Notes: generated from the letters alone by a model not told the origin. Counted from the first letter of the stretch, positions 37,646-47,715 are shown. The stretch: DNA of 64,000 nt from Candidatus Poribacteria bacterium (GCA_022821065.1 JAJEEK010000073.1:8575-72574); one strand, 5' to 3'. A program made the numbers and translations.

Positions 37646-39157
37646 ATGAAAGCTCGATTCTTATTTTTGGTCACACTCGTTACTTTTCTGGTAGTAATAT
37701 GTTCGGCAAAAGGTTTTTCACAAGAGGGGACCGTGCCTGAGGGTATGGTTCGGCTCATCTATTTTCTCCCGAAGGATAGCCAAGCGCAACCGAACATAAA
37801 CGCGAAACTTGATACTTGGATAAAAGAGGTTCAGCAACTATATAGCGACGAACTGATGCGCTATGGATTTGGGAGGAAAACTTTCCAGCTTGAAACCGAT
37901 GCGAACGGTAAAGCCGTTGTTCATCGCGTTGACGGTCTATCCGACGAAGCACATTATCATCACGGGACGTTTTCTAAGATCATCAAAGAGGTTTCCGAGC
38001 GGTTTGATGGTTCAAAGCACGCCTACCTCATTGTTGTAGAAACAAGTATCTTTGAAGGCGGCAGGAGTTGTGGAAAGGCAAATGGAAATGGTAGAACGGG
38101 TGGTTATGCCATGGTTCCCGCCACGGGAAACTGTGTTGCCGAAAATGTTGTCGTAGGGTTAGTCGCACATGAACTCGGTCATGTGTTCGGGTTGCCCCAC
38201 GATTTCCGCAGTGATACGTATATTATGTCTTATGGTCGACATTTAAGACGCAAGATCTCGCAATGTGCAGCTGAATGGCTGAGTGCGCATCCATACTTTA
38301 ATTGGCCCCGGAGAGGTGTTAATCAACCAACAGCGATCCAGATGCTTTCGTTTCAAGAAGAACCGCCCGACAAAATCCGGTTCCGCTTTCAGGTCTCCGA
38401 TGCCGATGGACTCGCTCAAGCGCAGTTAATCACTTTAACAACGGCGATACCTGTCGCTGCCGGATCGTCGGAGTTGATTGCCTGTCAGTCCTTAACCGGC
38501 AAATACAGTATCTCGACGTTTGTTACCACTGAACTGACAGTTCGTCCTGTGGAGGTCATTTCGCTCAGGGTCTTGGATAAGAAAGGCAACGTTGCTTCGC
38601 AGTCGTTTCCGATACAACGCGGTTCGGCTCCAGGACCGAAAATAGGCGGACCCTGGTTATGGATGATCGTCTCGACCGGTGAGAGAGGCGGCGCGGCTGC
38701 AGCGAAGTCTGGTATAGATTATCTCGAACAGGCAAGTAAAGGCAAAGTAACGGAAAAACAGATCGCTACTAAGGGCGCGACCGCCGGAGAAACCGTCGGA
38801 AGCAAAGCTTGGACACGCGGCTGGCTCGCATCGACGGGGAAAAATAATATCCAAAAAATGCTGTCAAAGATCGGCTTAGGATCCGGTGATATAGATGACT
38901 ATGTCGCTTACGGCAGTATTATAATCACGTCCCCGCGGAAGCAACAAACAACGATGTTCGCTGGTAGCGATGATGCCGTTAAAGTCTGGCTTAATGGAGA
39001 ATTGGTTCATAGGAATCCCGTCGATCGGTCATCTATCAACTACCAAGACTATTTTCCTGTTAACCTCAAACAGGGCAGAAATGTCTTATTAGTCGCAGTT
39101 TATGAGAACAGAATGGACTGGAGCGGGTTTTTTGGGTTTAGAAACGATAAAAAATAG
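37646..39157 (+). CDS. Secreted zinc metallopeptidase-domain protein
   Basis: Signal; VRLIYFLP, HELGHVFGLPH, YIMSYG (Met-turn); C-terminal GSDDAVKVWLNG beta domain. Confidence 0.8.
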   Translation: MKARFLFLVTLVTFLVVICSAKGFSQEGTVPEGMVRLIYFLPKDSQAQPNINAKLDTWIKEVQQLYSDELMRYGFGRKTFQLETDANGKAVVHRVDGLSDEAHYHHGTFSKIIKEVSERFDGSKHAYLIVVETSIFEGGRSCGKANGNGRTGGYAMVPATGNCVAENVVVGLVAHELGHVFGLPHDFRSDTYIMSYGRHLRRKISQCAAEWLSAHPYFNWPRRGVNQPTAIQMLSFQEEPPDKIRFRFQVSDADGLAQAQLITLTTAIPVAAGSSELIACQSLTGKYSISTFVTTELTVRPVEVISLRVLDKKGNVASQSFPIQRGSAPGPKIGGPWLWMIVSTGERGGAAAAKSGIDYLEQASKGKVTEKQIATKGATAGETVGSKAWTRGWLASTGKNNIQKMLSKIGLGSGDIDDYVAYGSIIITSPRKQQTTMFAGSDDAVKVWLNGELVHRNPVDRSSINYQDYFPVNLKQGRNVLLVAVYENRMDWSGFFGFRNDKK

Positions 39158-39225
39158 GAATATAGAACGTATGAGTCGTAATTTAGATTATATCAAATAA
39201 ATATTTGGAGGTTAAATTGCTAATT

Positions 39226-40839
39226 ATGTTTAAGCAATTAATTTATTCTATGCTTGTTTTCTCTTTGGTGATGGGTGTATCCTTCTCTGCACTCGGGCAC
39301 GGTGAAGGCGCCACACTGTTAGAGGATGTCAACAAAGATGGTATCGTGAACATTCAAGACCTTGTACTCGTCTCAGCAGCGTTTGGACAGCCCGGTGATC
39401 GCACTGCAGAACAGAACCCGGATGTCAACCGCGACGGCATTGTCAATGTGTTGGACCTTGTTCGCGTGAGCAACAGTTTCGGTCAAACTGAGGTCAATGA
39501 CAGTTCTACATATCACGATATTCAGGACTATATTTTTGATAAGAGTTGTGCAAACAGTACTTGCCACGCTGCACCCGCGAATGCCGGTAACTTGAATCTG
39601 ACCTACGGAACATCTTACTACGATTTGGTCGGACGCGTACCCCAGAATCCCTCGGCTGCAGCTGCGGGTATGAAACTGGTGGATCCGGAGAACCCAGACA
39701 ACAGTTTCCTTTTGACAAAACTGATGGGGCCAGAGTCCCCCGATCAAGGCGCACGTATGCCGTTCCTTAGTGGTGTCCTCCACGACGGTAAAATAGATGC
39801 GATTCGGACCTGGATTGAGGCGGGCGCCCCGCAGACAGGGAAAGTCGCAGGTATCGGTGACCTCGGTGTTTTACGCGACCCTGACGAAGTGTTTGAACCC
39901 CCCGCGCCACCGCCACCCGGTGAAGGATATCAACTCCATTTGCCGCCTTTCAAGATTGAACCCGGCACTGAACGTGAAGTCTATTACTCCACCCAAATCA
40001 AAGATGAAAATGGAAATCCGGTAGAAGAGGACATCTTTATTAATAGAGTAGAAATCTTCTATCCTTCTGGTAGTCATCACTTCATCGTATACCGTCTGAC
40101 AGAGGAAGGTTTGGCGAACGGTGTTCAAGACAGAGGTATCATACCTGGAATTGGTGTCAATTCGGAAGATCAATTCCGTGAACTCGATACAGATGACCCG
40201 CAAGTCCTCGGCAATTTTGGTGTCGATAGGCTTTTCGTCGTCGGAACACAAACCGATGAGACTATGTACGCGTTTCCAGAAGGCGTAGGGTTACGATTAC
40301 CGGGGGACACCGTTTACGACCTTAATTCGCATTACATCAATCTGCTCGGTGATGAGACCTTGGTTGGTGAAACCTATGTCAATATCTACACAATTCCAGA
40401 AGAAGAGGTCAAATACGAAGCTGTTGAAATTTTCGTTTCTAACAGAGCCATCAACGTGCCGCCCGGTACAACGCGCGTCGCCAAATTAACGTGGTATGTT
40501 GAAGATGAATTGGAACGCCGAGGGCACGACCCAGATACCGAATTGTTTGTCTTTTTACTCACATCTCACATGCACAGACACGGCGAATTGTTTGAGATTT
40601 TCCAAAAATCGACAGGTGAGCTGCTCCACCGGAGTATCGCTTACGACGATGCACCTATTGACCTCTTTAATCCGGTCCTCCAGTTAGATTCTGATGATGG
40701 AATCCATTTTCAGTGTACCCATGCCAACTACGATACAAATGAACCTCTCATATTCGGACTTACATCCGAGGATGAGATGTGTATCATCTTTGGTTACTAT
40801 TATATCCCGACTGAAAGAGCAGGCTCTATCATAAGATAG
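39226..40839 (+). CDS. Secreted dockerin + CxxxxCH + copper type II (PHM/DBH-like) monooxygenase
   Basis: DVNKDG/DVNRDG; SCANSTCH; GSHHF, NSHYIN, SHMH, EDEMC. Confidence 0.7.
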   Translation: MFKQLIYSMLVFSLVMGVSFSALGHGEGATLLEDVNKDGIVNIQDLVLVSAAFGQPGDRTAEQNPDVNRDGIVNVLDLVRVSNSFGQTEVNDSSTYHDIQDYIFDKSCANSTCHAAPANAGNLNLTYGTSYYDLVGRVPQNPSAAAAGMKLVDPENPDNSFLLTKLMGPESPDQGARMPFLSGVLHDGKIDAIRTWIEAGAPQTGKVAGIGDLGVLRDPDEVFEPPAPPPPGEGYQLHLPPFKIEPGTEREVYYSTQIKDENGNPVEEDIFINRVEIFYPSGSHHFIVYRLTEEGLANGVQDRGIIPGIGVNSEDQFRELDTDDPQVLGNFGVDRLFVVGTQTDETMYAFPEGVGLRLPGDTVYDLNSHYINLLGDETLVGETYVNIYTIPEEEVKYEAVEIFVSNRAINVPPGTTRVAKLTWYVEDELERRGHDPDTELFVFLLTSHMHRHGELFEIFQKSTGELLHRSIAYDDAPIDLFNPVLQLDSDDGIHFQCTHANYDTNEPLIFGLTSEDEMCIIFGYYYIPTERAGSIIR

Positions 40840-40847
40840 CGTCAGGA

Positions 40848-40932
40848 ACAGTTTCCAGTTAACAGTTTCCAGTTTCCAGAGAAGAGACCTCTTTTCTTAA
40901 CTGGTGACTGGTGACTGGGTACTGGGTACTGT
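40848..40932. repeat. Inverted heptamer-array repeat (family E)
   Basis: (CAGTTTC)n facing (ACTGG(T/G)(G/T))n. Confidence 0.7.
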
Positions 40933-40937
40933 CTCAT

Positions 40938-42821
40938 ATGACTACCACTTTAAGAAAAAAAGATAACTTCATAGATGCCTTAGCACACCGGATACTGATA
41001 TGCGATGGTGCTATCGGAACTGAACTTCGCAAACGGATACCCGCACATCTGCAGTGCGTTGATGCCTGCAACATTTCTACAGAGCATGCCGAGAAGGTGA
41101 TGGCGGTTCATCGCGCTTATGCCGACGCCGGGGCCGATGTTATCCAGACGAATACCTATCAGGCAAATAGAGAAGCGTTAGCAGTCCACGGTTTAACTGA
41201 ACAGGTCGAAGAAATTAACAAAACTGGTGTGTTCCTAGCACGCGAAGCGGCAACCGAGGCAAATTATATAGCAGGTTCCGTTGGACCGATTTCGTTCCAA
41301 AATTTTGATGCTGCGGTGCCTGCTACCAAAACAATCCGACAAATCTTCAAACAACAGATGGATGCACTCGTTGACGCAGGTGTTGATCTCCTCATTCTCG
41401 AAACTTTCGTCTCCCCGAAACAGGCAGAAGTCGCTACGAAACAGGCACTCACTTACGGGGTCCCTGTCATCGTTGAGATTAGCGGTGTTTCAGGTGGAAC
41501 TGTCGGTGCTGGCGTGGATGTACGTGTCTTCGCGCAGGAGTTGGAGCAACTCGGTGCACACGCAGTCGGTATCAATTGCCGGGGACCGCACGATCTGGTT
41601 GAAGCGATGGAACTCCTCGCGCCTGTCATCAAAGTACCGATTGCCGTTCAACCCAACGCTGGCAATCCGAGAGTCGAGCAAGGCGAAGTGGCGGTCTCCT
41701 ATACGGTGGAGGCTGAGGTTTTTAGGGACTACGTCAGAAAACTGGTTGAACTCGGCGCAAACATGATTGGCGGTTGTTGCGGAACGACCCCGGAATATAC
41801 AGCAAGGATCCGACAGGTCATCGGAGGACGTGAACCTGTCCAACGTGAGTCAAGGATCTTCGTCCTCCCGAAAATCAGGTCAGGGGGTGTTTCTTCAAGG
41901 GCGCCTCGCCCCTACAATAACCCTGTGCAGCAGGTATTTGAAACACGCGAACGTATCGTGAGTGTAGAGATGCGCGCCAATACATTCCCCCAATTGCGGG
42001 CGATGCTGAAGGAAGCAGAGCGGCTCGCCGCAATCGGTGTAGACCTGTTTGATGTGACCGACAATTCCGGTGCAGCGGTGAACATCGGTGCTGTGGGTAC
42101 GGCGTATCGGCTTCAGCAGGCAACACAGATTCCGACGCTCATCCATTGGACAACCCGATCGCGTAATCTCATCAGTATGCAATCGCACCTGTTAGAAGCA
42201 GAGGCGTTGGGCGTTCGGGGCATCGTCGCTTTATCCGGGGACCATCCGAAAGTCGGTCCTTATGAGACGGCGAGTCTTGTGCCAGATGTCCGGGGCGCGG
42301 TTCAGTTGATGAAACTTATCGCTCGGTTGAATCAAGGGCAGCTTGCCGACGGGTCATCTATTGGTGATCCCTGTGGATTTTACTATGGCGGGGGTTTCAC
42401 AATCGCCGAGAATCTCCAACCGCACGTCAAACATCTCGCAAATAAGGTGGCACAAGGGGCTAATTTCGCCTATACACAACCCGTCTGGACTTACGAGGAC
42501 ATCGCGCGCGCCCAGCAGGCGACAGGACATCTCGGTATAAAGATGCTTTATGGAATATTACCACTCACCAGCTTCCGCAGTGCCTCCTATCTACGCGACA
42601 ATTTAGGGCTTTATATCCCTCAGTTTATCGTTGACAAATTCCGTGACCTCGGAGATACCGCCGCAAAAGAACTCGGTATGCGGTTATGTTTGGAACTGGT
42701 TCGAGACATCCGTAATCTGGATGAGTGTGAAATTGACGGTATCTATTTAATCCCACCTGCTCGGATGAATTGGAAAAACAGAGCCAGTGTCATCTCGGAG
42801 ATCGTTAGAGCCTACCGTTAG
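40938..42821 (+). CDS. Bifunctional homocysteine S-methyltransferase / methylenetetrahydrofolate reductase (YitJ-like)
   Basis: DGAIGTEL, GINC, QPNAGNP, IGGCCGTTP; C-terminal MTHFR domain (VTDN, ALSGD, YTQP). Confidence 0.88.
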   Translation: MTTTLRKKDNFIDALAHRILICDGAIGTELRKRIPAHLQCVDACNISTEHAEKVMAVHRAYADAGADVIQTNTYQANREALAVHGLTEQVEEINKTGVFLAREAATEANYIAGSVGPISFQNFDAAVPATKTIRQIFKQQMDALVDAGVDLLILETFVSPKQAEVATKQALTYGVPVIVEISGVSGGTVGAGVDVRVFAQELEQLGAHAVGINCRGPHDLVEAMELLAPVIKVPIAVQPNAGNPRVEQGEVAVSYTVEAEVFRDYVRKLVELGANMIGGCCGTTPEYTARIRQVIGGREPVQRESRIFVLPKIRSGGVSSRAPRPYNNPVQQVFETRERIVSVEMRANTFPQLRAMLKEAERLAAIGVDLFDVTDNSGAAVNIGAVGTAYRLQQATQIPTLIHWTTRSRNLISMQSHLLEAEALGVRGIVALSGDHPKVGPYETASLVPDVRGAVQLMKLIARLNQGQLADGSSIGDPCGFYYGGGFTIAENLQPHVKHLANKVAQGANFAYTQPVWTYEDIARAQQATGHLGIKMLYGILPLTSFRSASYLRDNLGLYIPQFIVDKFRDLGDTAAKELGMRLCLELVRDIRNLDECEIDGIYLIPPARMNWKNRASVISEIVRAYR

Positions 42822-42834
42822 CGGCTCCACTTAA

Positions 42835-43013
42835 TGGTTATCAGTACGCAGTACGGTTTTTCTGCGAAAACCTTTCGGTTATCAGTTGTCAGTGGCCAGT
42901 CGCCAGTTAAAAAAAAGAAACTTGATGAACCAGACTCTCACTGCGAGGCACTCTTAACTGGTAACTCGTAACTGGAAACTGGAAACTATTTCCACTGACA
43001 ACTGATAACTGAC
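42835..43013. repeat. Inverted heptamer-array repeat (family E), long composite
   Basis: TATCAGT/TGTCAGT/GCCAGT units facing AACTGGT/AACTGGA/AACTGA units. Confidence 0.7.
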
Positions 43014-43020
43014 ATAAACT

Positions 43021-44949
43021 ATGCAAACTCGTGAAACGACCCGCTCATCAACCCGTGTTACAGGACGTTCGCTTCTCTTAGGCGTTTTACTCATCCCTGT
43101 CAACGTCTATTGGATGACACTTGTTGAGGTGAAGTACTACTCACTTGACGGTTCGTGTCTTCCGCTTTTTATCCAGCCTGTTTTCATTATGTTTGTCTGC
43201 GTCCTCGCGAACTGTGTGTTGAAATACCTTGCACCGCGGCAAATGCTACAGCAGGGGGAGTTACTCACAGTTTATATTATGGTGGCGATCTCCTGTACGT
43301 TCGCCGGACACGACACGATGCAGAACATGTTCGGCAGTATCGCGCATCCATTCCGGTTCGCGACGGACGAGAACGAATGGCAGGCACTCTTTTTTCGGTA
43401 TCTACCGACGTGGCTCACCATCTCGGATGCACAGAGTTTGCAAGGCTTCTACGAGGGCGAAGCGACTTTCTATACAAAGCACAACTTTTCGGTCTGGATA
43501 AAGCCGCTGATCTTCTGGGGTCTCTTTTTCCTAATTATGATGTTCATGATGCTCTGCATCAATACACTCGTCCGCAAACGCTGGGCAGAACAAGAGAAAT
43601 TGGCGTATCCGATTATCCAACTCCCGCTCCGACTTTCGGAGGATGGCGGTATCCTTCTCCTGAAGAATCGGATGATGTGGATGGGGTTCAGTATCGCTGT
43701 AGTCATCGGTGTGATTAATGGAGTCCACTATCTTTTCCCACAGTTTCCAGAGATCCCATATATCAAGCGGACAGCCGTATTCCAGAATATCTTCACCGAG
43801 CGTCCGTGGAACGTTATTCGCGGCACGCGAATCTCGATATATCCGTTTGCTGTCGGGTTAGCCTTTTTTCTACCGTTGGACCTCTCCTTTTCCTGCTGGT
43901 TTTTCTTTGTCGTGCGTTTAGCGGAGTTCGTCATCGGTGCAGCACTCGGTACGCGCTATTTCCCAGCACTGAACGAGCAAGCTTACGGTGCTTGGATCGC
44001 GCTTTTCTTGCTTGCGCTCTGGGTCACACGTCAGCATTTAAGCGAGGTATTGAAAAAGGTGTTCGGGTTTAAATCGCGTCTTGACGATTCCAATGAACCG
44101 ATGCCGTATCGTGCAGCCTTCTTAGGTATTCTCGGATCGCTCGTCGCGCTCGGTATCTTCGCTTCTCTGGCAGGGATGGCGTTATGGGTTGCGGGTGTTT
44201 TCTTCGGCGTCTATTTTCTGCTCTCTTTCGCGATCACGCGCGTCCGCGCGGAACTCGGCACACCGCACGAAATTTATTACGTGAATCCGCACGATATGTT
44301 GGCAACCGTAGGTGGCACGCGTCGGTTCGATCCAAGCAGTCTCACGATTATGTCGCTCTTCTACTGGTTCAATCGCGGCTACCGGAACCATCCGATGCCG
44401 AACCAGATTGAGGCGTTTAAATTGGGAGAAGCGACAGGGATGGGAAACCGGCGTTTATGGATGGCGATGCTGATCGCAATCGTTGTCGGGATCCTGGCGA
44501 CCTTTTGGGCGAACCTCGACATCACCTTCCGAAACGGTGCCGTTGCGAAAGCCGGTGGTTTCAAGGATTGGGTCGGTCGAGAATCGTTCAGTCGGTTGCA
44601 GCGATGGCTCCATAATCCAGCAGAACCGAACGTTATCGGTATGGGGTTTATGGGGATCGGTGCGTTGTTGACATTCGTGATGATGTATATGCGGATGCAT
44701 TTCTTGTGGTGGCCCTTCCATCCTGCAGGCTATGCACTCGCGATCAGTTTCGCAATGGACTATTTCTGGTTCGCCTTCTTCGTGGCATGGTTCCTGAAGC
44801 TAATGATTCTACGGCACGGCGGTTTGCGGCTGCATCGCAAAGTCGCACCCCTATTTTTAGGACTAATCTTAGGCGATTACGTCATCGGCAGCACCTGGGC
44901 AATCATCGGCCCCCTATCCGGCTTGCGTACCTATAAGATCTTCATCTAA
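43021..44949 (+). CDS. Polytopic membrane protein (DUF6785/DUF6784, OPT-like putative transporter)
   Basis: Many TMs; RWAEQEKLAYPI, WWPFHPAGY, PLFLGLILGD. Confidence 0.7.
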   Translation: MQTRETTRSSTRVTGRSLLLGVLLIPVNVYWMTLVEVKYYSLDGSCLPLFIQPVFIMFVCVLANCVLKYLAPRQMLQQGELLTVYIMVAISCTFAGHDTMQNMFGSIAHPFRFATDENEWQALFFRYLPTWLTISDAQSLQGFYEGEATFYTKHNFSVWIKPLIFWGLFFLIMMFMMLCINTLVRKRWAEQEKLAYPIIQLPLRLSEDGGILLLKNRMMWMGFSIAVVIGVINGVHYLFPQFPEIPYIKRTAVFQNIFTERPWNVIRGTRISIYPFAVGLAFFLPLDLSFSCWFFFVVRLAEFVIGAALGTRYFPALNEQAYGAWIALFLLALWVTRQHLSEVLKKVFGFKSRLDDSNEPMPYRAAFLGILGSLVALGIFASLAGMALWVAGVFFGVYFLLSFAITRVRAELGTPHEIYYVNPHDMLATVGGTRRFDPSSLTIMSLFYWFNRGYRNHPMPNQIEAFKLGEATGMGNRRLWMAMLIAIVVGILATFWANLDITFRNGAVAKAGGFKDWVGRESFSRLQRWLHNPAEPNVIGMGFMGIGALLTFVMMYMRMHFLWWPFHPAGYALAISFAMDYFWFAFFVAWFLKLMILRHGGLRLHRKVAPLFLGLILGDYVIGSTWAIIGPLSGLRTYKIFI

Positions 44950-45001
44950 CGTTGCTCGATAAATCGCACAGCGACAAATCCTCCGTTTGTAGTAGGGCAA
45001 T

Positions 45002-45054
45002 TCTGCGGCGTACTTGAAGAAACACCCCAGCAAAAACCCCAAATGCGAAGTGCA
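45002..45054 (+). mobile_element. ~53-nt family B mini-element, copy 3, inside a GTAG-GGGCAAT/ATTGCCC hairpin
   Basis: GTAGTAGGGCAAT[TCTGCGGCGTACTTGAAG...GAAGTGCA]TTATTGCCCG. Confidence 0.75.
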
Positions 45055-45167
45055 TTATTGCCCGTTTATTACCGAATATTCCCTTGACTTTTCGTCTAAT
45101 GTATGGTAGATTTAAAATAAAATCCTCTCCCCACCATTCCGAAATAAAATGAAGGTTATTACTCTCT

Positions 45168-47045
45168 ATGCGAAAACAAAACTTCAACGAAAAACTTATC
45201 CGATTACTCAAAGATAACCCAGACCTCCTTGACGACGCAGGTGAACTCATCCCGGCTGCTGTCAGAGACCATGCATGGCGACTTAACCACGACCTAATCA
45301 GGTTACTCCTTACTGACAATGAGATAAAGGCAAAGTTCTTTGACGAAATTGACGGGCATTGGGTCTTCAACCACAATATCTTCATTAACTACATCACCGA
45401 CAAAAACTTCCTTGCCAACTCCTACACCCGATTCCGTAATAAGATCGGTTTGAACATCGGAGACAAATTCCTCCGTGAACGCGGCGAAGTCTCACTCGTC
45501 TGGCCCTATAAAGATTGTGTCTTAGAGGGTGGGCAAACAAAGGAAGAAGAAAAGCGCAAAGAGATTTTCTTCAACGAAATCCTTGCGCAAGACGAACTCA
45601 ATCGAATGTTCGATCCAAAGGTCCTCACCAACTGGAAACGCTATACCGCTGAAAGCGATACCAATGAAATCAGGGGGGTAAATTGTGATAAGTATCATAA
45701 AAATGGAATTGGAGAGTTTAGACGGGATGAAAACGGCACGATTCGAGAAAATCTCATCATCAAGGGCAACAATCTCATCGCGCTCCACACCCTCAAACAG
45801 CAATTCCGTGGGCAGGTAAAGGTGATTTATATTGACCCACCCTATAACACCGGAACCGATAGTTTCGGCTACAATGATAGTTTTAACCATTCCAGTTGGC
45901 TGACCTTTATGAAAAACCGATTGGAAGTGGCAAAGGAACTATTAACAGATGATGGCGTGTTTTTTGCCAGTTGTGATGACAACGAGCAAGCACATTTGAA
46001 AATTTTAATGGACGAAATCTTTGGCAATGAGAATTTCATTACCAATTTTGTAGTCATCCGTGCCGAAGGCGGTGGCCTCGCTAAACAAGTTGTGAAAGGA
46101 CACGATTATCTGTTGACCTATGCAAAGAACATCGAAAATTTTGAACCCTTAAGAAGGCCAAAAGATATCAGAGGCAAAATTGTTGAAAAAGATGGTAAGA
46201 AATATTGGATTGAAGAAGACTGGTTGAGAGTAGAATTCGGGAAATATGGGACTTGTTACTATGAAGATATTGAGAAGATTAAAGGGAAAGCTAAAAAAGA
46301 TGAAATTGATCAAGGTATAAAAGACGGTCAGTACATCCTTCTGAATAAAGGAAAAAACAAAACAATTGTCGGGAGATATAGAGCATTAGATGAAGATGGA
46401 TCAAAGTTTTATTCTGTTTTAAAACACCTTAATGCAGACGGTAAGAATGAACTAAAGGATCTTATGGGTGAAGATATTTTTGCTTTTCCAAAGCCAACTG
46501 CATTGCTAAAAGAGATCATACTCGGTGCTACTTTTTTTAAAAAAGATAAAGATGCCATTATTCTCGACTTCCACGCTGGTTCAGGAACTGCTGCACATGC
46601 TGTTTTAGAATTGAACAAGCAAGATAATGGAAATCGCAAATTTATTTTGGTTGAGCAGATGGATTATGTTGAAGATGTCACCGTTCCACGTGTGGAAAAA
46701 GTAATAAAAAATCAGGGCGACGGTGATTTCATCTATTGCGAATTGATGGAATATAATCAAGTCTACATAGACAAAATCCAATCCGCGCAATCTGCTAAAG
46801 AACTCGTAACACTCTGGCAAGACATCGCCGAAAACTCGTTCCTGAACTGGTATGTCAACGAACAAATGCCGCGAGATGCAGTAAACGATTTCATCGCCAT
46901 TGACGACTTTGAAAAACAGAAACACCTACTGGCAGAGCTGCTGGATAAGAACCAACTTTACGTCAATCTCTCCGAAATAGAGGATGCGGATTTTGCGGTG
47001 AGTGCGGAAGATAAGGCGTTGAATGGGGCGTTTTATGGAAAATAG
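45168..47045 (+). CDS. mod: Type III restriction-modification DNA methyltransferase (Mod)
   Basis: NLIIKGNNL, IYIDPPYN, FPKP, ILDFHAGSGT (beta order); cognate res downstream. Confidence 0.92.
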   Translation: MRKQNFNEKLIRLLKDNPDLLDDAGELIPAAVRDHAWRLNHDLIRLLLTDNEIKAKFFDEIDGHWVFNHNIFINYITDKNFLANSYTRFRNKIGLNIGDKFLRERGEVSLVWPYKDCVLEGGQTKEEEKRKEIFFNEILAQDELNRMFDPKVLTNWKRYTAESDTNEIRGVNCDKYHKNGIGEFRRDENGTIRENLIIKGNNLIALHTLKQQFRGQVKVIYIDPPYNTGTDSFGYNDSFNHSSWLTFMKNRLEVAKELLTDDGVFFASCDDNEQAHLKILMDEIFGNENFITNFVVIRAEGGGLAKQVVKGHDYLLTYAKNIENFEPLRRPKDIRGKIVEKDGKKYWIEEDWLRVEFGKYGTCYYEDIEKIKGKAKKDEIDQGIKDGQYILLNKGKNKTIVGRYRALDEDGSKFYSVLKHLNADGKNELKDLMGEDIFAFPKPTALLKEIILGATFFKKDKDAIILDFHAGSGTAAHAVLELNKQDNGNRKFILVEQMDYVEDVTVPRVEKVIKNQGDGDFIYCELMEYNQVYIDKIQSAQSAKELVTLWQDIAENSFLNWYVNEQMPRDAVNDFIAIDDFEKQKHLLAELLDKNQLYVNLSEIEDADFAVSAEDKALNGAFYGK

Positions 47046-47079
47046 ACAATTTTAAATTGAGGAGGTTTACTCAAGCATA

Positions 47080-47715
47080 ATGCTTACGAAAAATCAACAA
47101 ACCGTCTTTAATTGGTTGAACGACAAACTCCAGTTGCCAGTGTTCGCGGAAACGTACAAGGGAGCATTGGATCTCCTAGATCGTAAATCGTCGGGTTATA
47201 TCACCTTTGTATCTCATGCCGGCAGAGATTTGATGAACAGACTTGCTGCGACCGTGAAAGGTATCGAAAGTCAACAGGATCAACAAAGGAATCGCTTAGA
47301 TGAGTTACAAAACTATTGGAAAAACGAGTGGGGAACCGAGAGGATCAACAAAGTGGGCGATTCTGGGAACGGACATTTAATCCCTTATAGAGTTTGTGAA
47401 CAGATAAAAAATCTGATTGATGCCCACAAAGCAGGTCGCCTCCGAGCCTCAGATAGGGATAACTTGTTCTTTACTACTTTTTTGGATTATGCTGACAAAG
47501 AGAGAATTCCGCGGAATTTTGTGAAAGAATGGAAAGGCGCAAGAACGTGGTTTCAGGCACACGCCCATCTACGAAAGCCGGATTTTCGCCAAAATGTGTC
47601 ATCTGAAGTGGCAATGCATTTTAGGAATCTTGATAACTTTCTATACGTCGCTGCAAGCAGCGAATTTGAACGGATAAGGGGTATCCATGAAATCTTGGAA
47701 GAAACCAACGAATGA
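47080..47715 (+). CDS. Hypothetical protein, HEPN-like (candidate nuclease effector)
   Basis: GAGGAGG RBS; SHAGRDLMNRL and WFQAHAH motifs reminiscent of helical HEPN/Abi-like domains. Confidence 0.6.
   Translation: MLTKNQQTVFNWLNDKLQLPVFAETYKGALDLLDRKSSGYITFVSHAGRDLMNRLAATVKGIESQQDQQRNRLDELQNYWKNEWGTERINKVGDSGNGHLIPYRVCEQIKNLIDAHKAGRLRASDRDNLFFTTFLDYADKERIPRNFVKEWKGARTWFQAHAHLRKPDFRQNVSSEVAMHFRNLDNFLYVAASSEFERIRGIHEILEETNE

Noticed and set aside
45168-47045. Phase-variable simple repeat in mod (phasevarion)
   Set aside because: Only G6/T7 runs were seen and no tandem SSR tract
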